A DNA stretch of 64,000 nt, from assembly GCA_010093745.1 (NCBI GenBank), contig MU005998.1, forward strand, positions 1 to 64,000, written 5' to 3'. The stretch comes from Piedraia hortae CBS 480.64 (lineage: Eukaryota). Made by a program: the position numbers and the translations under genes. Of the stretch, positions 58,591-64,000 are shown piece by piece (the first letter of the stretch is position 1; the number at the start of each line of letters is the position of its first letter). Below the pieces are notes generated by a model. That model had not been told where the DNA came from. It saw only the letters and a list, made by a program, of their open reading frames with translations, and made no database searches.

Positions 58591-60238
58591 TTACTCTCCT
58601 TGCAACGAATGGCCCATCCCACCGAGGGTAACCGTCTTGATGATGGTATACTCCTCGACGCCGTATTTGCTTCCCTCCCTTCCAAAACCAGACCATTTCA
58701 CTCCACCAAACGGAGCAGCAGCATCAGAGATCAGCCCCGTGTTGACTCCTACCATTCCTACCTCCAACGCCTCAGCAACCCTATAGCAACGCTGAATATC
58801 CCGACTAAAAAAGTAACCAGCGAGTCCAACATCTGCTGAGTTCGCCAGTTTCACAACTTCCGCCTCCGTCTTGAACGGGAAAAGTCCCGCCACAGGCCCA
58901 AACGTCTCCTCACAAGACAGCTGCATGGAAGAAGTCATATCCCGCAAAACGGTCGGCTGGAAGAAATTTGGCCCAACATCGGCCATCCTTTGTCCACCTT
59001 GAAGCACCTGTGCACCCTGCTTTACCGCATCTTTGACATGAGCTTCGACTTTGCTAACCGCACGGTCATGGATCAGAGGGCCGTGGGTGACTCCTTTCTC
59101 AAATCCGGGACCGACCTTGAAGTCTCTAACTTTCTCAGCCATGGCCTCAGCAAACTTGTCATAGATATTTTCTTGGACATAGATTCGGTTAGCGCAGACA
59201 CATGTCTGGCCTGAAGAGCGGAATTTGGATGCTACTGCGCCGGCAACGGCGGTCTCTAGATCAGCGTCGTCAAAGACGATGAACGGTGCGTTTCCGCCCA
59301 GCTCAAAAGAGAGCTTTTTGAGGGTTGAAGAGGCTTGTTTCATCAACGTCTTTCCGACTCCGGTGGAGCCTGTGAAAGAAACTTTTTTGACGATGTCAGA
59401 GGTACATAAGTGCTCGCCTACTTCAACTGTGTAGGTGTGGGTGGAAACGACGTTGACAACTCCTGGGGGGATGCCAGCGCGTTTAGACAGCTCCGCTAGG
59501 GCTGCCGGAGTGAAAGGTGTTTCGCTCGGTGATTTGCACACGACGGTGCAGCCTGCAGCCAGCGCGGCGCCGATCTTCCGAGTGATCATTGCTGCTGGAA
59601 AGTTCCATCTTGATAAGCTCTGGTTAGCTAACAAAGCGCTGCATTGGTGGATCAACTTACGGCACAATCAACCCACAAACCCCAACTGGCTGCTTGACGG
59701 TAAACACCCTATTACCCGGCACTGACGATGGAATTGTATCACCATAAACACGTGGTGCTTCCTCTGCAAACCAATCAAAGAAACTCGCAGCATATGTGAC
59801 TTCGCCCTTGGCATCATTGAACGGTTTTCCGTTTTCCCACGTGATCAACTTGGAGAGATCCTCTGAGTTTTCCATCATGAGCTGGTACCATTTGCGCAAC
59901 ATACGGCTCCTTTCTCTTCCCGTTGTCTTTCTCCATGCAGGGAGGGCATCTGCGGCTGCTTGGATTGCCGATTGCGTGTCCTGCTTGTCCATATCTGGCA
60001 TCTTGCCAATGACTGACATGGATGCTGGGTCTGTTACTTCAAACGTCTTGCGCGAGTTGGCATCGATCCATTCTCCGTTGATGTATGATTGTTGCTTGAA
60101 TAGACTGCTGTCCTTGAAGGATGGCGCGGAGTACGAAGACATTTTGGCGTAGCGCAGTCGCGGCAAAAACCTTGATTGGTTTTGTACTCTCACTCGAGCA
60201 GTAGGCTGTCGGAAAAAGGTCGACAGAAGGGACTTCAT
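58591..60238 (-). CDS. UGA2: Succinate-semialdehyde dehydrogenase
   Basis: ENGKP, intron 59609-59660 joining LIVP/WNFPAAMITRK, ELGGNAPFIVF, KFRSSGQTCVCANR, EETFGP. Alternative ATG at 60142. Confidence 0.95.
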
Positions 60239-60705
60239 CTTCTGTAATGCCCCACTGAACTCCAGCAAGTCTTCATGTCGTTCCAATGCATTAGGGTTAG
60301 GTTTCTGTCAGCCGCGCTGAATGGCGAACTCCACATCAGGAGCAAATGTTCGGATGAAAGAGATGCACGAGTGTGGAGATTGGATTTCATGATTGGAGCA
60401 GATGAGTGTATTAAGTCTTGTGTCTGGTACACTGCTGCGATGAGCTGCAGACTTGACTCTAAGCCCCTAGGTGGGGCATGTGTAATATTGACCTGCAACA
60501 CTGTCAACCATGGATACGAGGCCAAGCAGCAACTGCACAGCATGTCCAATGACGAACATCCTAGCGTCGTGGACGATCCAGCAGAAAAGGGTTAGCGCCT
60601 ACATTGCACCAATCACGAGGCTGCAAGGCAACCCCGCTTGCGTCACAAATTTTCCTGCCAGTGGAAGGCTTTCGATATGGCATCGACTTCATACAAACCG
60701 TCAAA

Positions 60706-61869
60706 ATGCGCCTCATCAGGCAAAATATTGAGCGCAAAACCGGCGCCGGCTCAGCCACACTTCTCCCCGAAGAGGCCGAAGACATGTGGCATGCCTACAA
60801 CCTGATCAGGCCCACCGACCTCTTGCGCGCGTCGGCCGTCCGCAAAGTGGTTCAAGAATCTGCATCAGGCAGCCGCTCCAACCAGCGCGTGCACACCAAC
60901 CTCACCATCCAGGTCACATCCCTCGATTTTGACCCCCAAGCCGGTCAACTGCACGTATCAGGGCAAGTGTCTGAACAAAATCCCTATGTCAAACTCGGCA
61001 GCTTCCACGCCCTCGATCTCGAACTCCAACGTAACTTCACCCTTGAAAAAGCCAACGGCTGGGACAGCGTAGCCCTCGACATCCTAAAAGAATCCATAGA
61101 CCAAACCAAACAAGCCCAACTCTGGGCCGTGGTCATGCAAGAAGGCCTTGCCAACATATGTCTCATAACCTCCCACCAGACAATCCTCCGCCAACGCATC
61201 GAAGTCTCCCTTCCCCGCAAACGCCCCGGCTCAAACGACCATGCCAAGTCTCTCCAGAAATTCTACCAAACAACCCTCGACACTCTTCTCAGACAACTCG
61301 ACCTCTCAGACCCAAAAGCCCTCCTCCTCGCAAGTCCAGGATTTACAGCTTCCTCCTTCCACCAATTCATCAAGACCCAAGCCTTCACTGATCGACGACT
61401 AAAAGCTCTCCTCTCCTTAATCGTGGTAACCCATTCCGCTTCAGGACATCTCCACAGCCTTAACGAAGTCCTCACCAGCCCCGCCGTAACGGCACGTATC
61501 AGTGATGCAAACTTTGCGCGTGAAACCCAGCGATTAGACGAGTTCCTCGCACTCATGCGTCGCGATGATGCGAGGGCTTGGTACGGGCCAAGGGAGTGTG
61601 AACGTGCTGCGGAACGCGGGGCGGTGGGCAGGGGGGGTGGGGTTTTGTTAATCAGTAATTCGCTGTTTCGGAGTCAGGAGGTTGAGGTTAGGAAGAGGTG
61701 GGTGAGACTTGTCGATGATGTTAAGGAGCAAGGTGGGGAAGTTAGGATTTACAGTAGTATGCATGAAAGTGGGAAGAGATTGGATGATTTGGGGGGTATC
61801 GCCGTTATTATGACGTTTCCAATTGAGGATCTTGATAGGGATGATGAAGGTGATGAGGGTGGGGAGTGA
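60706..61869 (+). CDS. DOM34: Pelota/Dom34 ribosome-rescue factor
   Basis: PEEAEDMWHAYNLI, AVVMQEGLANIC, LLASPGF, AWYGP, SNSLFRS, SSMHESGKRL..LGGIA. Confidence 0.96.
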   Translation: MRLIRQNIERKTGAGSATLLPEEAEDMWHAYNLIRPTDLLRASAVRKVVQESASGSRSNQRVHTNLTIQVTSLDFDPQAGQLHVSGQVSEQNPYVKLGSFHALDLELQRNFTLEKANGWDSVALDILKESIDQTKQAQLWAVVMQEGLANICLITSHQTILRQRIEVSLPRKRPGSNDHAKSLQKFYQTTLDTLLRQLDLSDPKALLLASPGFTASSFHQFIKTQAFTDRRLKALLSLIVVTHSASGHLHSLNEVLTSPAVTARISDANFARETQRLDEFLALMRRDDARAWYGPRECERAAERGAVGRGGGVLLISNSLFRSQEVEVRKRWVRLVDDVKEQGGEVRIYSSMHESGKRLDDLGGIAVIMTFPIEDLDRDDEGDEGGE

Positions 61870-63499
61870 GGGGTTTGGTGGGGTTTTAGGGCCAGGGAAA
61901 CCCAGAGTCGACACTCTACGATGGAATAGAGATTTTTTGATTTGGGGCTTTGGCTGTCTGAGCTCAATTTATTCGGCGGGAATAGTCGTTGGGTCTGGTC
62001 TTGGCATAAATCTTCCCCATTGACACCACTGTGCATCGCACATAACGCCCAAACATATTTGTAAATTCACTTTTCCAAAATCGCATACTCTGCGATAGTG
62101 ATACACAAATGGAAAGGATACCCTCCGCAGTCTAGGGAATCCTAACATTTGAGTGCCCTCTCTCAAGAAACTGAAGGAGATTCAAAACGCGATTCCAACG
62201 CCGAAAGTACTCCGTTGGGAAACATTAATTCTCAACCCGCTAAAGCACACACTCTCAGAGTCCGAGGATGGCCTCCCCGCTACCAAAAGAAGTAAAGTTG
62301 CCAACATCCTGCTGGCGTCGCGGCCGACTCCCCTGAGCTCCGCCAGGATGGTTCTAGCCATCTCTCTCTCCATTATATTTGACGTCCTCGCAAGAACAAC
62401 TTGCCACCAGAGCCCGCTTGGTTTTACCAGGCCATGCGAACACCGCACACCAACCAATGGTGTGCAGCATGTGAGAAAGAACTTGACAAGCAATTTTACA
62501 CCGGCACAATTGCCCGGCATCACCTTCCCCCTCAAGTGGGTCTTAAATAAAAATTTGACGAGGATGGCCAGAGGCGATCTTTAAGCTTCACGAGTGGCGA
62601 TCTATTCTGCGACACCTGCCGCCCGCACTTTTCACTCCTGGTATGATCCAAATTGGGCGCCGTGAACGCGTGTCTCAATGCCACACAGCCCAGGGAATCG
62701 ATTGTTCTACCAGGTCAACATCACGGTCATCATTCACATGAATGTCAATACTCCTGGCACCGTCATGCAGCACCCAGTGACCACAGCGGAGCCAATTACT
62801 CTCGCAACATCTCCTCATGCTCTAAATCTTGGCACGGAAGTAAATGGCGATTGGAACTCCAGCTGCTACGGCCTGTGGAATAATTCAAGGTTGGGGTAAA
62901 GTTACTGCTGTCTGGCTCGACGACATCTTGGGGTTGGAGTGTGAAGGTGCCCGGGGCTTTGCACTCTTCTATGGGCGCAAGCAGTGCAACGACAATGGAG
63001 TGTAAGGAGTTGATGGTGCGATCCATCGAAGTTGAAATGTTGGGAACACACCTTCAGTGCCCCCACCACTGCAGGCGGCTCTCCAGACCTTGGAGGGCGA
63101 AACGTGGTATTCATTAGACAATACCACATCAGACTGCACGCCTCCAAACTGGAACGTTGACCTGCATCACGGACAAATCGTGCTGAGGTGACGATACTAC
63201 GGGCAGGATGGGGCGGCCGTTTCCACCCAGATTTCGAGAACTTCCTGACAAAAACTCATCCTGCCACCGCGGAACGACTGTCTGTTATGCATGCCAACGT
63301 CGACTTTTGGAACGATGGATCTAGTTTGGTTATAAGTTGTCGATGCAGCCCGGTGGAGCTGTGGGACACAAGCCCTGCCGGTGTTCCACCGATTTTCCTT
63401 TCACATGATTGCCACAGGATACAAGATGAAGGTCGTGGGAATGATCGATGCCTTTAGACGTGGCCTGGCGCGTCTTTTGACGTTCGCAGGCCCACGAGG

Positions 63500-63870
63500 A
63501 GAGGCCAGAATTCTTCGGAACCAGCGACGCAAGCTTTGCTAATGAAGCAACGGAGAAAGAGTATGGAGGTCCTAATCTTTTTGTTCACGTGCGGCCCAGT
63601 AGAGTGGAAGTCCGGCAAGACAGAACATCACTGCTAAATCCTCAGCGGGGAGCGGCCTCCTTGCTCTATCCCACGCCGGGAGTATTTTTCTCTAGTGGAT
63701 ACGTTTCCTCGCCGCGATCAAATTGAAGCTTGACCAAACTCCGTTGCTTTCATGTGACAATATGCAGACCCTCCGACTCATCATACATAACCAACGACTT
63801 TAAGCTCGACGCAAAGCTAAAGCACATTGACGTTCATAATCATGGGCTACGTCAAGAACATCTCCTAGGG
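63500..63870 (+). mobile_element. Remnant RNase H domain of a second, older Ty1/copia family
   Basis: Frameshifted FFGTSDASFAN / RKS...GPVEWKSGK / LLALSHAG / CDNMQTLRLI / KLKHIDVHNHGLRQE; clearly different from the 2396-7511 element. Confidence 0.8.
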
Positions 63871-64000
63871 ATTCGTCCAATGGTCCTAGGATGGCCAGAA
63901 GGTCTCGTGGATGGATGTCACGTTGAATTGATCTCACATGCTCGGCTGCACGAACCGCCGGACAGACTTTTGGGAATGCTGAACTGGGCGAGGCCGAGCA

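Noticed and set aside
63100..63300. NVDLHHGQIVL / GWGGRFHPDFE resembling another APH-kinase remnant
   Set aside because: Too degenerate and split over frames to support without a profile search.

Overview
This is eukaryotic (filamentous ascomycete, probably Dothideomycete-like; inferred) genomic DNA with short GT-AG introns and CTAAC branch points. Compact, intron-poor housekeeping blocks alternate with accessory blocks of decayed sequence. The housekeeping genes are a CYP450, a LaeA-like methyltransferase, JIP5, LOS1, an aldehyde dehydrogenase, MSD1, a WD40 protein, a DUF5321-like protein, THO1, MMT2, MSH6, MET7, UGA2 and DOM34. The accessory blocks hold a degenerate Ty1/copia element (2396-7511) with mismatched LTRs, a second copia RNase H remnant, and a ~119-bp-period array whose conserved core looks like a spliceosomal intron. 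They also hold dispersed repeat families, a long inverted repeat, and broken copies of genes (Rix7/Cdc48-type AAA module, importin-alpha, APH kinase, tandem CBM52 genes). The most striking item is an intact, intronless TFIIB-like ORF (44804-45853) that lacks the zinc ribbon/B-reader and has three cyclin-fold repeats instead of two, next to a divergently oriented pseudogene of the same family. All homology calls come from motif recognition by eye; no searches were run, and pseudogene and repeat boundaries are approximate.
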